Part shown: piece after piece, positions 1-10,804 of the stretch | Numbering within the stretch: the stretch's first letter is position 1 | Layout of the letters: every line of letters begins with the position of its first letter | Assembly: GCF_055900595.2 (NCBI RefSeq) | Contig: NZ_CM148325.1 | DNA: 64,000 nt | Direction: 5' to 3' (one strand) | Program-made: the position numbers and the translations under genes | Notes under the pieces: generated by a model | What the model saw: only the letters and a program-made list of their open reading frames with translations | Told to the model about the DNA's origin: nothing | The model's database searches: none

Positions 1-561
1 AGTCTCGGAGATAAGTACGAAGGCGTGACCGCCCAGCCAGTTGAGTTCAGCGAAAACGGCGTTATCGATAATCTTTTTGACCGTCAGTTAGATTTTATAA
101 TCTCCCCACAGCATGTATCTGCACGAGTTCAGGAACTGGAAAACCTGACTATTAGTGAACTACCACCGCTGCGATTGGGCTTTCTCGTTTCTCGCCGTTA
201 TGAAGAGCGACAAGAGCAAGAGTTGCTTCAGGAGCTACCCTGGCTACAAATGCGCTTTCAGAACCGGGCCAACTTCGAAGCAATGATTGATGCGAATATG
301 CGTCCTTGTGGGATCAATCCCACCATTATTTATCGACCTTACAGTTTTATGGCCAAAATCAGCGCCGTGGAGCGCGGACATTTTCTGACGGTGATCCCGC
401 ATTTTGCCTGGCGACTGGTTAATCCGGCAACGCTGAAATATTTTGATGCGCCGCACAGGCCGATGTATATGCAGGAATATCTTTATTCAATCAGAAATCA
501 TCGTTATACCGCCACGATGCTTCAGCATATTGCTGAAGATCGTGACGGGACGAGTCATTAA
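1..561 (+). CDS. ygfI: LysR-family transcriptional regulator YgfI, C-terminal part (5' end cut by window edge)
   Basis: Frame open from base 1 to the stop at 559-561; translated ORF track entry 25..561 resembles the LysR substrate-binding domain; lies next to scpC as in E. coli. Confidence 0.75.
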   Translation, partial: SLGDKYEGVTAQPVEFSENGVIDNLFDRQLDFIISPQHVSARVQELENLTISELPPLRLGFLVSRRYEERQEQELLQELPWLQMRFQNRANFEAMIDANMRPCGINPTIIYRPYSFMAKISAVERGHFLTVIPHFAWRLVNPATLKYFDAPHRPMYMQEYLYSIRNHRYTATMLQHIAEDRDGTSH

Positions 562-2036
562 CCCAGCATCGAGCCGGTTGCAATTAAATTACGGTGTAAA
601 TCGAAGACGTGGCTAAGATCGTGGTGAATATGTCCGCCGGGCGCATTTTCCAGATAGCGATGCAGATAATCCCTATACATAGGATGTGCACAATTATCAA
701 TGATGGTGCGGGCGCGTTGAAGCGGGGAAAGACCACGCAGATCGGCGATCCCTTGTTCGGTGATGATCACTTTGACGCTGTGTTCGCTGTGATCAACATG
801 GCTGCACATTGGCACGACGGTTGAGATCTTGCCTTCTTTAGCAATCGACGGGGCCATAAAGATCGACAGATACGCGTTGCGTTCAAAATCACCGCTGCCA
901 CCGATGCCGTTCATCAGATCGACCCCGGCTACGTGCGTTGAGTTGGCATGCCCGTAAATATCAAACTCCAGGCCGACGTTCAGAGCGATGACGCCCAGAC
1001 GACGGATGATTTCCGGGTTATTGGAAATCTCCTGCGGACGCAACACAATGCGGCTGGCAAAGTAATCCATATTGTCGTAAATCTTGCGCAGGGAATCGGC
1101 CGAGATAGTCAGGCTGGAGGCGCTGGCCCCGCTGATTTTGCCCGTTTCCAGTAAATGCACCACCGATTCCTGTAGCACTTCCGAATACATCATGAACGGA
1201 GGAATTTCCGGGTTTTCCCCTAGTCGCGCCATGACTGCATTATTGATATTGCCCACGCCACTTTGCAGCGGCAGAAATTCCGGTGGAATACGCCCATGCG
1301 CCATTTCCTGCAACAAGAACGTGACCACGTTATCGGCAATCTGCTGGCACATGGGATTTTGCTTATCCAGCATATTACCGGCGTCGGGCAAGTTGGTTTC
1401 CACGACGGCGACAATCTTTTTCGGATCGATTTGCACATAGCGGGTACCGACGCGATCCATTGCATGGAAGATCGACACGCTATTGCGCCGCGGTGGCGCG
1501 CCAGGAATCACAATATCCGCCAGTTCTGCAACGCGCGGATCGTGATAGTGATTGAGTTCAATGATCACTTTCTTCGCCCGCAGCAGCCAGGTCGGCGCAT
1601 TACCGATCCCGCTGGTTAACCAGACTCGGCCATCCGGTGCCAGTGCCGATGCTTCAATGACGGCAACATCAATTTCGCCGAAGAAACCGTAATTGACCAT
1701 TTGCGCCACTTCGCTCAAATGCAGGTCAACGAAACTCACCGCGCCCTGATTGATCTTTTTACGTAAACCGGACGATGTTTGATATGGCGCACGCCAGGAA
1801 ACAGCATCGGCGTCAGAAAGTACATCGTCAGCGGCGGCGCTGATTGACGCCCCCGTCAGCAGGCGAATTTGATACGGCTTTTTGGCCTCATGCTGTTCGT
1901 TAGCTCTGCGGGCAATCGCGTTGGGTAGGGCTTTCGGCGAACCCGCCGGGGTAAAGCCGCTAAATGCCACCATGTCGTTATGCTGGATAATTTCTGCCGC
2001 TTCATCGGCGGTCATCCTTGTCCACTGAGTTTCCAT
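558..2036 (-). CDS. scpC: propionyl-CoA:succinate CoA-transferase
   Basis: 492-aa ORF, length and sequence match E. coli ScpC/YgfH; last gene of the sbm operon. Confidence 0.9.
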   Translation of the reverse strand: METQWTRMTADEAAEIIQHNDMVAFSGFTPAGSPKALPNAIARRANEQHEAKKPYQIRLLTGASISAAADDVLSDADAVSWRAPYQTSSGLRKKINQGAVSFVDLHLSEVAQMVNYGFFGEIDVAVIEASALAPDGRVWLTSGIGNAPTWLLRAKKVIIELNHYHDPRVAELADIVIPGAPPRRNSVSIFHAMDRVGTRYVQIDPKKIVAVVETNLPDAGNMLDKQNPMCQQIADNVVTFLLQEMAHGRIPPEFLPLQSGVGNINNAVMARLGENPEIPPFMMYSEVLQESVVHLLETGKISGASASSLTISADSLRKIYDNMDYFASRIVLRPQEISNNPEIIRRLGVIALNVGLEFDIYGHANSTHVAGVDLMNGIGGSGDFERNAYLSIFMAPSIAKEGKISTVVPMCSHVDHSEHSVKVIITEQGIADLRGLSPLQRARTIIDNCAHPMYRDYLHRYLENAPGGHIHHDLSHVFDLHRNLIATGSMLG

Positions 2037-2059
2037 TTTTACTCCTTCGTTCGCAGGGA

Positions 2060-2845
2060 TTAATGACCAACGAAATTAGGTTTACGTTTTTCGAGGAAAG
2101 CGTTCATCCCTTCCTGGTAATCTTCGCTGTCATAAACCGCGCGGCGCATCCCCTGAATACGTTCAAATTCATCGGAGTTCATGGTGTGCGCTTCGCCCAG
2201 TACACGCAGTTCTTCTTTGATAACGGCAATGGCTAACGGCGCTTTCTCAGAGATGTGGTGCGCCATTTGTAAGGTGAAATCTTCCAGTTCTTCCACTTCC
2301 ACAACATGGTTGAGGATGCCGACAGCCAGCGCGCGCTGGGCTGTGATTGGCGAAGCGGTAAAAATCAGCTCTTTGACAATGTGGAAGCCCGCGTCGCGGG
2401 TCAGGTTGTGAATGCCGACCAGGTTATACGGGACGCCGAGGTTTACAGGCGTCATTGAGAAGGTTGAGGTACTGGCGGCGATGATCAGATCGGAATTCAT
2501 GATCATTTCAAATGCGCCCCCCCAAACACTACCTTCCACCATCGAAATGATCGGTTTCGGGAATTTTTGGATCATGCGGGTGATTTGACGCAACGGATCA
2601 TCATAGGAGAGCGGATCGCGACCGCCAGACGGCAGTTCGTGAATATCGTGACCTGCGGAGAAGACTTTGGATCCACTCGGCGCGCGCAAAATGATACAGC
2701 GAATTTCCGGCCGGTTGAGATCGCTTAATGCCTGCATAAGATCATCAATAAAGACTTTACTTAAGGCATTAAGTTTTCGGCCATAGTTAAACTCAATGAC
2801 CGCCACTTTGTTGATAGTGACAACGTTCACATACTGATAAGACAT
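2060..2845 (-). CDS. scpB: methylmalonyl-CoA decarboxylase (crotonase fold)
   Basis: ORF 2060..2887; internal ATG at 2843-2845 gives the 261-aa protein beginning MSYQYVNVVTINKVAVIEF. Confidence 0.88.
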   Translation of the reverse strand: MSYQYVNVVTINKVAVIEFNYGRKLNALSKVFIDDLMQALSDLNRPEIRCIILRAPSGSKVFSAGHDIHELPSGGRDPLSYDDPLRQITRMIQKFPKPIISMVEGSVWGGAFEMIMNSDLIIAASTSTFSMTPVNLGVPYNLVGIHNLTRDAGFHIVKELIFTASPITAQRALAVGILNHVVEVEELEDFTLQMAHHISEKAPLAIAVIKEELRVLGEAHTMNSDEFERIQGMRRAVYDSEDYQEGMNAFLEKRKPNFVGH

Positions 2846-2855
2846 AAAAATTCCT

Positions 2856-3851
2856 TTAATCAAAATATTGCGTCTGGATAAATTCACTGAGCTGTCGCAG
2901 GCCGGTGCGCGGTGAGAGCGTATTGTTTTTGACCGCTAAAAGCGTCTGGCGGTAATAGCGATCGAAATCTTCATTCGCGAACAGGTGATTCAGTACTTCT
3001 TCTTCGGTTTGTTTACGCAGCCATTCCACCGATTGTTGTTGCCGCACTTGCTGTAAACGACCACTGGCAGTTAGCGCGGTTTTGAAGTCGATGATGGCGT
3101 GCCAGATCTCATCGATTCCACGTTTTTCCAGTGCGCTACAAGTCAGAACTCGTGGCTGCCATTCGTCGTATTTACGTCGCAGAATATGCAGGGCACTCTC
3201 GTACATATGCCGGGCAATGGCGACATTGGTATGGTTATCGCCATCGTCTTTGTTGATAACGATCAGATCTGCCACTTCCATCAGCCCCTTTTTAATCCCC
3301 TGCAGATCATCGCCGCCACCGGCAATTTGCAACGAGATAAAACAGTCCACCATGCGGGCGACTTCCGTTTCCGACTGTCCGACGCCAACCGTTTCGACAA
3401 TCACTACGTCATAACCCGCCGCTTCGCATAACAGCATTAATTCCCGCGCTCGCTGACTGGCACCGCCCAGATGGCCGGAGGATGGTACCGGGCGAATAAA
3501 CGCCGCCTCGGCACGCGCCAGGTCATTCATGCGGGTTTTATCTCCGAGAATGCTACCGCCAGTGACCGGGCTGCTGGGATCGACCGCAATAACTGCAACC
3601 TTTAGTCCCTCACGAATCAACAACATGCCAAAGGCTTCAAGAAAGGTACTTTTCCCCGCGCCGGGTGTGCCGGTAACACCCAGTCGCAGGGCGTTACCAC
3701 AGAACGGCATAATGGCATCAAGCAGTTGCGTACTTAGCGCCTGATGACGCGGGTGACGGCTTTCCACCAGCGTCATGGCCTGGGCGAGCGTGGCACGCTC
3801 ACCCTGACGTAAGCGGCGAATACTTTCTGCCAGCGTAGCTTCATTAATCAT
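2856..3851 (-). CDS. argK: methylmalonyl-CoA mutase-associated GTPase (MeaB/ArgK)
   Basis: 331-aa ORF with P-loop [11 protein letters not shown]; start overlaps the scpA stop. Confidence 0.9.
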   Translation of the reverse strand: MINEATLAESIRRLRQGERATLAQAMTLVESRHPRHQALSTQLLDAIMPFCGNALRLGVTGTPGAGKSTFLEAFGMLLIREGLKVAVIAVDPSSPVTGGSILGDKTRMNDLARAEAAFIRPVPSSGHLGGASQRARELMLLCEAAGYDVVIVETVGVGQSETEVARMVDCFISLQIAGGGDDLQGIKKGLMEVADLIVINKDDGDNHTNVAIARHMYESALHILRRKYDEWQPRVLTCSALEKRGIDEIWHAIIDFKTALTASGRLQQVRQQQSVEWLRKQTEEEVLNHLFANEDFDRYYRQTLLAVKNNTLSPRTGLRQLSEFIQTQYFD

Positions 3852-5988
3852 GATGCTGGCTTATCAGATTCAGTACGTCGCGCACGCTGTCGAGCATAGG
3901 CGTACCTGGACCATAAATCGCCGCCACGCCGCGCTCCTGCAGGAAGGCGTAATCCTGCGGCGGAATGACGCCACCCGCGACCACGCAGATATCTTCGCGT
4001 CCCCATTTTTTCAGCGCTTCGACCAGTTCCGGGATCAGCGTTTTATGACCGGCAGCCAGTGAAGATGCGCCCACTACGTGAACGTCGTTTTCTACTGCCA
4101 GGCGGGCGATCTCTTCAGGTGTAGAGAACATCGGGCTTAAATCTACGTCGAAACCGAGATCGGAATAGGCGCTGGCGATCACTTTCGCGCCGCGATCGTG
4201 CCCATCCTGGCCCATTTTGGCGATCAGAATGCGCGGGCGACGACCATTGTCGGCAAGGAACTGCTCCGTTTGCGCAACAATGGCATCGAACTCGGAGGCC
4301 GATTTCTCAGACTGATGATAGCTTTGCGCAATCACGCCGGTAACACACTGGCTTGGCACCAGATAACGGTCGAAAGCGGCTTCCAGCGCATCGGAAATTT
4401 CACCCAGGGTGGCGCGAACGCGAGCGGCATTAACAGCGGCAGCCAGCAGGTTTTCGTTATGCTGTGCGGCGTGAGTCAGGGCGTTCAACGCGGCGGTTAC
4501 GGCGGCATCATCACGGGTGGCGCGAATGCGTTCCAGCGAAGCAATTTGCTCGTTACGCACCATCACGTTGTCGATCTCAAGTACATCGGTTTCGTCTTCG
4601 TGATCCAGTTTGTACTTGTTGACACCAACGATGACACGTTTTCCCTGATCGATCAGCGACTGTTCACGCGCTGAGGCTTCTTCGATCATTCGTTTTGGCA
4701 GACCTGCTTCGATCGCTTTCGCCATACCTCCGGCTTCGTTGATCTGTTGGATAATGGCTCTGGCTTGTTTGACGATTTGATCGGTCAGCGATTCAACGTA
4801 ATAGGATCCGGCCAGTGGATCGACGGTGCGGCAGAGTTCTGATTCTTCCTGAATGATGATCTGGGTATTGCGGGCAATGCGTGCTGAGAAATCGGTAGGC
4901 AAACCAAGCGCTTCATCAAAGGCGTTGGTATGCAGTGACTGAGTACCGCCCAGCGTTGCAGCCAGTGCTTCAATGGTGGTGCGGATAACGTTGTTATACG
5001 GATCCTGTTCAGTCAGGCTCCAGCCTGAGGTCTGGCAGTGGGTACGCAGCGCCAGTGATTTCGGATCCTGTGCGCCAAATCCACTGACCGCTTCGCTCCA
5101 TAAATAACGTGCCGCACGCAACATGGCGACGTTCATAAACAGATCCATGCCAATGCCGAAGAAAAACGACAGGCGAGGAGCGAAGTCATCAATTTTCAGC
5201 CCAGCGGAGATTGCTGCTTTGATGTACTCAATCCCATCAGCGAGCGTAAATGCTACCTGCTGCACGCAGTTGGCACCCGCTTCACCCATATGGTAACCGC
5301 TGATACTGATGGTATTAAATCGCGGCATGTTGCCGGAACACCAGGCGATGATGTCTGCGATAATACGCATTGACGGTTTTGGCGGGTAAATATAGGTGTT
5401 GCGGCAAAGATACTCTTTGAGGATATCGTTCTGAATGGTGCCTGTCAGTTTATCGGGCGTAACTCCTTGCTCTTCTGCGGCGACGATATAAAACGCCAGT
5501 ACGGGTAACACTGCGCCATTCATGGTCATCGAAACCGACATTTTATCCAGCGGGATCTGGTCGAACAGGACTTTCATATCTTCCACGGTGTCGATAGCAA
5601 CGCCCGCTTTGCCGACGTCGCCCGCCACGCGCGGGTTATCGGAGTCGTAGCCACGGTGGGTGGCAAGGTCAAACGCAACGGAAAGACCTTTTTGCCCGGC
5701 GGCCAGGTTACGGCGATAAAAAGCGTTAGACTCTTTTGCTGTCGAGAAACCGGCATACTGACGGATAGTCCACGGTTGGGCGGTATACATAGTGGCACGC
5801 GGGCCACGAACGTAGGGTGGCAAACCAGGAAGGGTACCAGTCACTTCCAGATTATCGAGATCGGCTTCAGTATACAGCGGCTTGATGGCGATCCCTTCTG
5901 CGGTTTGCTGAACCAGCGAGTCGACAGTTTTCTCCCGACGACTCAATTCCTTGTTGGCAATCTGTTGCCACTCCTGCACGTTAGACAT
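3844..5988 (-). CDS. scpA: methylmalonyl-CoA mutase (B12-dependent)
   Basis: ORF 3844..6009; ATG at 5986-5988 gives 714 aa beginning [15 protein letters not shown], with a GGAG Shine-Dalgarno upstream. Confidence 0.9.
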   Translation of the reverse strand: MSNVQEWQQIANKELSRREKTVDSLVQQTAEGIAIKPLYTEADLDNLEVTGTLPGLPPYVRGPRATMYTAQPWTIRQYAGFSTAKESNAFYRRNLAAGQKGLSVAFDLATHRGYDSDNPRVAGDVGKAGVAIDTVEDMKVLFDQIPLDKMSVSMTMNGAVLPVLAFYIVAAEEQGVTPDKLTGTIQNDILKEYLCRNTYIYPPKPSMRIIADIIAWCSGNMPRFNTISISGYHMGEAGANCVQQVAFTLADGIEYIKAAISAGLKIDDFAPRLSFFFGIGMDLFMNVAMLRAARYLWSEAVSGFGAQDPKSLALRTHCQTSGWSLTEQDPYNNVIRTTIEALAATLGGTQSLHTNAFDEALGLPTDFSARIARNTQIIIQEESELCRTVDPLAGSYYVESLTDQIVKQARAIIQQINEAGGMAKAIEAGLPKRMIEEASAREQSLIDQGKRVIVGVNKYKLDHEDETDVLEIDNVMVRNEQIASLERIRATRDDAAVTAALNALTHAAQHNENLLAAAVNAARVRATLGEISDALEAAFDRYLVPSQCVTGVIAQSYHQSEKSASEFDAIVAQTEQFLADNGRRPRILIAKMGQDGHDRGAKVIASAYSDLGFDVDLSPMFSTPEEIARLAVENDVHVVGASSLAAGHKTLIPELVEALKKWGREDICVVAGGVIPPQDYAFLQERGVAAIYGPGTPMLDSVRDVLNLISQHHD

Positions 5989-6191
5989 TATTTGCTCCAT
6001 AAAACGCAATCAAAATGAGGGTATTTGCGCTTACGGTGAGCTTTTTACGTGGGTTTGTCGCCAGCAAAAAAAATGCATCCAGACGTCGTTTTTTGCCGCC
6101 TGAGATTTGTCTATTTTGTGATGTGATTCAAGGAATACAAAAAGAACTGGAGGTGATGCCTGGTATGTATTACCAGGCATTATTTGATGGA

Positions 6192-7085
6192 TTATTCCTG
6201 ACGAAGAACTTTGTGACCATAATCGAGCAACGCATCAGTGACTTTACGCATCATGCGGCTTTCAGGAGCAAAGCGGTGCCAGTAGAGCATCCGGCGTTGA
6301 AATAGCCCTGGCGTTAAGTCAATCAGTTCGCCGCTGGCCAGCTCTTTCTCGATTTGCAGGTGCGGGATCATACAGCAGGTGGTGCCCTGACGAGCAAGTT
6401 GCACGAATGCTTCCGAAGAATTAACGATATGGCACGGTACGCTGCCTGGGGGCAGATCGAAGTTTTGCTGCAAAAAGGCCTGGTGCATATCGTCAAGATG
6501 GTCAAAGGCGACCACAGGTGCTTTCAATAATGCCGAACGCGTTACGCCGTTAGGGAAATATTTTTCGGCAAACGGTTTTGAGCTGACGAACAGATAGTCA
6601 AGCGCACCGAGCTTATCGACAAGACAACTCGGCAGCGCCTGATGTTGAATACTCACCGCGCCGACCACTTCGCCGCGGCGCAGACGTTCCTGAGTGCGGG
6701 TTTCATCTTCTACCTGCAAGTTGAGGCGGATAGGCGAATCAGCTAACACAGGAGCCAGCGCCGGAAGCAACCACGTCGCCAGACTGTCAGCGTTGACCGC
6801 CAGTGAAAGCAGCAGCGGAGTTGAACCGGTTTGTTCATCGCCCAGCCACTCTTCTTCCAGTAACTCCACCTGGCGTAGCAGTGCCAGCAGTTTTTGCCCT
6901 TGTTCCGTCGGGCGCGGCGGTACGGTACGCACCAACAGCGGCTGCCCGAACATATTTTCCAGTTGCTTAATGCGCTGTGAGACGGCTGATTGTGTAATGC
7001 ACAGCTTTTGTGCCGCGCGCTCAAATCCTCGTTCACGTATCACCGCATCCAGTGCCTGTAATGTTCTGTAGTCCGGGCGTTTCAT
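6192..7085 (-). CDS. argP: LysR-family regulator ArgP (IciA)
   Basis: ORF 6192..7151; ATG at 7083-7085 gives 297 aa beginning [28 protein letters not shown], with an HTH near the N-terminus. Confidence 0.9.
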   Translation of the reverse strand: MKRPDYRTLQALDAVIRERGFERAAQKLCITQSAVSQRIKQLENMFGQPLLVRTVPPRPTEQGQKLLALLRQVELLEEEWLGDEQTGSTPLLLSLAVNADSLATWLLPALAPVLADSPIRLNLQVEDETRTQERLRRGEVVGAVSIQHQALPSCLVDKLGALDYLFVSSKPFAEKYFPNGVTRSALLKAPVVAFDHLDDMHQAFLQQNFDLPPGSVPCHIVNSSEAFVQLARQGTTCCMIPHLQIEKELASGELIDLTPGLFQRRMLYWHRFAPESRMMRKVTDALLDYGHKVLRQE

Positions 7086-7545
7086 TGCTGTTGTCTGCTC
7101 CTGGTAAATGCTTTTTCCTGCACTATGACACAATTTTGCGTCAGGTTGCATATACCGAAGCCGTCGGCGGGTACATTTGTATCAGTGGTTAAACACGCAG
7201 CTTAAAAGATCAGGGATTTGCGCTATTGCATTTCGCTCAGCGAGTTCGCGCCCTGGAGCGGCATACCCAGACCTTTATATGCTTTATTTGCCGGGCGAAA
7301 GGGGATGCCCGCCATTGCGCGATATTTTATGGATGAGTTAACCACGCGGCTTGCCAACGGGGTCTGAATCGCTTTTTTTGTATATACTCGTCATACTTCA
7401 AGTTGCATGTGCTGTGTCTGCGTTCGCTCACCCCAGTCACTTACTTCTGTAAGCTCCTGGGGATTCACTCTCTTGTCGCCTTCCTGCAACTCGAATTATT
7501 TAGAGTATAATGCGAGTGAAATTTCATACCACAGGCGAAACGATC

Positions 7546-8205
7546 ATGACGCAGGATGAATTGAAAAAAGCAGTAGGATGGGCGGCACTTCAGTATGTTC
7601 AGCCCGGCACCATTGTTGGTGTAGGTACAGGTTCCACCGCCGCACACTTTATTGATGCGCTCGGCACGATGAAAGGCCAGATTGAAGGGGCCGTTTCCAG
7701 TTCGGATGCGTCCACTGAAAAACTGAAAAGCCTCGGCATTCACGTTTTTGATCTCAACGAAGTCGACAGCCTTGGCATCTACGTTGATGGCGCAGATGAA
7801 ATCAACGGCCACATGCAAATGATCAAAGGCGGCGGCGCGGCGCTGACCCGTGAAAAAATCATTGCTTCGGTTGCGGAAAAATTTATCTGTATTGCAGACG
7901 CTTCTAAGCAGGTTGATATTCTGGGCAAATTCCCGCTGCCAGTAGAAGTTATCCCGATGGCACGTAGTGCAGTGGCGCGCCAGCTGGTGAAACTGGGCGG
8001 TCGTCCGGAATACCGTCAGGGCGTGGTGACCGATAACGGCAACGTGATCCTCGACGTCCACGGCATGGAAATCCTTGACCCGATAGCGATGGAAAACGCC
8101 ATAAATGCGATTCCGGGCGTGGTGACTGTTGGCTTGTTTGCTAACCGTGGCGCGGACGTTGCGCTGATTGGCACACCTGACGGTGTCAAAACCATTGTGA
8201 AATGA
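7546..8205 (+). CDS. rpiA: ribose-5-phosphate isomerase A
   Basis: ATG at 7546 inside ORF 7510..8205 gives 219 aa [18 protein letters not shown]; a TATAAT-like box lies near 7505-7510. Confidence 0.92.
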
Positions 8206-8460
8206 TCTGACGGGGGAACCTCCCCCGTTAAAAAAATTCTCTTCATTAAATTTGGTGACATGTGTCACGTTTTTACCTGGCTATTGTCGATTGCTCTAAA
8301 TAAATCCTCTAATCCAGCATATTCATCCAAGAAAAACCTTTGCGTGATATTTCCTCAACATCGCGACGCAAACGTTCATATTGCCGCAATATTATTTTTT
8401 GATATGTTGAAAGGCGGATGCAAATCCGCACACAACATTTCAAAAGACAGGATTGGGTAA

Positions 8461-9693
8461 ATGGCAAAGGTATCGCTGGAGAAAGACAAGATTAAGTTTC
8501 TGCTGGTAGAAGGCGTGCACCAAAAGGCGCTGGAAAGCCTTCGTGCAGCGGGTTACACCAACATCGAATTTCACAAAGGCGCGCTGGATGATGAACAATT
8601 AAAAGAATCCATCCGCGATGCCCACTTCATCGGCCTGCGATCCCGTACCCATCTGACTGAAGACGTGATCAACGCCGCAGAAAAACTGGTCGCTATTGGC
8701 TGTTTCTGTATCGGAACGAACCAGGTTGATCTGGATGCAGCTGCAAAACGCGGGATCCCGGTATTTAACGCACCGTTCTCTAATACGCGCTCTGTTGCGG
8801 AGCTGGTAATTGGCGAACTTCTGCTGCTATTGCGCGGCGTACCGGAAGCCAACGCTAAAGCGCACCGTGGTGTCTGGAACAAGCTGGCAGCTGGCTCTTT
8901 TGAAGCGCGCGGCAAAAAGCTGGGTATCATCGGCTATGGTCATATTGGTACACAGTTGGGCATTCTGGCTGAATCGCTGGGAATGTATGTTTACTTTTAT
9001 GATATTGAAAACAAACTGCCGCTGGGCAACGCCACTCAGGTACAGCATCTTTCTGATCTGCTGAATATGAGCGATGTGGTGAGTTTGCATGTGCCAGAGA
9101 ATCCGTCTACCAAAAATATGATGGGCGCGAAAGAGATTTCGCTAATGAAGCCCGGCTCGTTGCTGATTAATGCCTCGCGCGGAACGGTGGTGGATATTCC
9201 GGCACTGTGTGATGCGCTGGCGAGCAAACACCTGGCAGGTGCGGCAATCGATGTCTTTCCGACGGAACCGGCGACCAACAGCGATCCGTTTACCTCTCCG
9301 CTGTGCGAGTTCGATAACGTCCTTCTGACGCCACATATTGGCGGTTCGACTCAGGAAGCACAGGAGAATATCGGTCTGGAAGTTGCAGGTAAATTAATCA
9401 AGTACTCTGACAATGGCTCAACGCTCTCTGCGGTGAACTTCCCGGAAGTCTCGCTGCCACTGCATGGTGGGCGTCGTCTGATGCACATCCACGAAAACCG
9501 TCCGGGCGTGTTAACTGCGCTGAACAAAATCTTCGCCGAGCAGGGCGTTAACATCGCTGCACAGTATCTGCAAACCTCAGCGCAGATGGGTTATGTGGTT
9601 ATTGATATTGAAGCTGACGAAGACGTTGCCGAAAAAGCGCTGCAGGCAATGAAAGCTATTCCGGGCACCATTCGCGCCCGTCTGCTGTACTGA
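8461..9693 (+). CDS. serA: D-3-phosphoglycerate dehydrogenase
   Basis: 410-aa ORF MAKVSLEKDKIKFLLVEGVHQKALE with a C-terminal ACT domain. Confidence 0.95.
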   Translation: MAKVSLEKDKIKFLLVEGVHQKALESLRAAGYTNIEFHKGALDDEQLKESIRDAHFIGLRSRTHLTEDVINAAEKLVAIGCFCIGTNQVDLDAAAKRGIPVFNAPFSNTRSVAELVIGELLLLLRGVPEANAKAHRGVWNKLAAGSFEARGKKLGIIGYGHIGTQLGILAESLGMYVYFYDIENKLPLGNATQVQHLSDLLNMSDVVSLHVPENPSTKNMMGAKEISLMKPGSLLINASRGTVVDIPALCDALASKHLAGAAIDVFPTEPATNSDPFTSPLCEFDNVLLTPHIGGSTQEAQENIGLEVAGKLIKYSDNGSTLSAVNFPEVSLPLHGGRRLMHIHENRPGVLTALNKIFAEQGVNIAAQYLQTSAQMGYVVIDIEADEDVAEKALQAMKAIPGTIRARLLY

Positions 9694-9715
9694 TCTCCCT
9701 TCTTTAATAATCAAC

Positions 9716-9744
9716 GGGCAAGTCACTGGCTTGCCCGTTTTTTT
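9716..9744 (+). terminator. rho-independent terminator of serA
   Basis: GC stem gggcaagtcactggcttgccc followed by a T7 run. Confidence 0.6.
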
Positions 9745-10455
9745 GTGCACAGAAAACCCCCAGCTAGGCTGGGGGTTCCGGAAAGCTTTCAGCTTTGAGC
9801 CAGTTATTAAAACCCCTTTTGATTTGTTAAAACACCTTGCGGTCTGGCAACTGCAAGTGTCAAACAAGAAATCAAAAGGGGGTCCCAATGGGGGACGAAA
9901 AGAGCTTAGCGCACACCCGCTGGAACTGTAAATATCACATAGTTTTTGCGCCGAAATACCGAAGACTGGCGTTTTACGGAGAGAAGCGTAGGGCGATAGG
10001 CAGTATTTTGAGAAAGCTGTGTGAGTGGAAAAGCGTACGGATTCTGGAAGCAGAGTGCTGCGCAGATCATATCCATATGCTTGTGGAAATCCCACCCAAA
10101 ATGAGCGTATCCGGCTTTATGGGATATCTGAAAGGGAAAAGCAGTCTGATGCTTTACGAGCAGTTTGGGGATTTGAAATTCAAATACAGAAACAGGGAGT
10201 TCTGGTGCCGAGGGTACTATGTCGATACGGTGGGTAAGAACACGGCGAAGATACAGGACTACATAAAGCACCAGCTTGAAGAGGATAAAATGGGGGAGCA
10301 GTTATCGATTCCATATCCGGGCAGCCCGTTTACGGGCCGTAAGTAACGAAGTTGAATGCAAATGTCAGATCGTATGCGCCTGTTAGGGCGCGGCTGGTAA
10401 CAGAGCCTTACAGGCGCATTTGAAAAACCTCCGGCTATGCCGGAGGATATTTATT
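9745..10455 (+). mobile_element. IS200-type insertion sequence (IS200/IS605 family); boundaries approximate
   Basis: Single 152-aa tnpA; perfect palindrome cccccagc-tag-gctggggg at 9757-9775 on the upstream side and two hairpins downstream (about 10374-10420 and 10428-10447); no terminal inverted repeats, as expected for IS200. Confidence 0.7.
9888..10346 (+). CDS. tnpA: IS200 transposase TnpA (Y1 HuH transposase)
   Basis: ATG at 9888 within ORF 9837..10346; protein MGDEKSLAHTRWNCKYHIVFAPKYRR...ADHIHML...RGYYVDTVGKN matches IS200 TnpA, including the HxH motif and the C-terminal tyrosines. Confidence 0.9.
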   Translation: MGDEKSLAHTRWNCKYHIVFAPKYRRLAFYGEKRRAIGSILRKLCEWKSVRILEAECCADHIHMLVEIPPKMSVSGFMGYLKGKSSLMLYEQFGDLKFKYRNREFWCRGYYVDTVGKNTAKIQDYIKHQLEEDKMGEQLSIPYPGSPFTGRK

Positions 10456-10599
10456 ATCCCTTTTCCCGCGCATGTCACTGCCATTTGTAATGCGCTGCAA
10501 TTGCCTTTGCGAGTCTGCTCGAAGAAATAAATCAAAGCCAGATCAATGCGTTGTGCTTATTTAAAGAGAGTTTACGATGGCAGGGCAGCATGGGGCTGT

Positions 10600-10743
10600 A
10601 ACGGTAAAGCCCTCACCGAAGCGAGGGCTTGAAGGAGAAGGGTTATGATGCGACTCGTCATCATACTGATTGTACTGTTACTGATAAGTTTGCCAGCTTA
10701 TTAACAGTCAGTCACAGGGGAGGAGTCATCCTCCCTTACCCTT
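10600..10743 (-). ncRNA. sibC: SibC antisense sRNA (antitoxin of ibsC); ends approximate
   Basis: Minus-strand sigma70-like promoter (TTGACA at 10779-10774, 17-bp spacer, TAATTT at 10756-10751) reading across ibsC; hairpin gccctc-accgaag-cgagggc at about 10611-10630. Confidence 0.5.
10645..10704 (+). CDS. ibsC: type I toxin IbsC (19-aa hydrophobic peptide)
   Basis: atgatgcgactcgtcatcatactgattgtactgttactgataagtttgccagcttattaa encodes MMRLVIILIVLLLISLPAY, preceded by the Shine-Dalgarno gaaggagaag; located between serA and fau as in K-12. Confidence 0.7.
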   Translation: MMRLVIILIVLLLISLPAY

Positions 10744-10804
10744 ACTCACTAAATTAGGTTAAAGAATCAACGATGTCAATCAGGGCGATGCAGGTGTGTC
10801 GCCC

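Noticed and set aside
7465-8268. 267-aa minus-strand ORF covering the whole of rpiA
   Set aside because: Lies antisense to a clearly identifiable rpiA; the translated sequence has no recognisable domain and is a typical antisense artefact.
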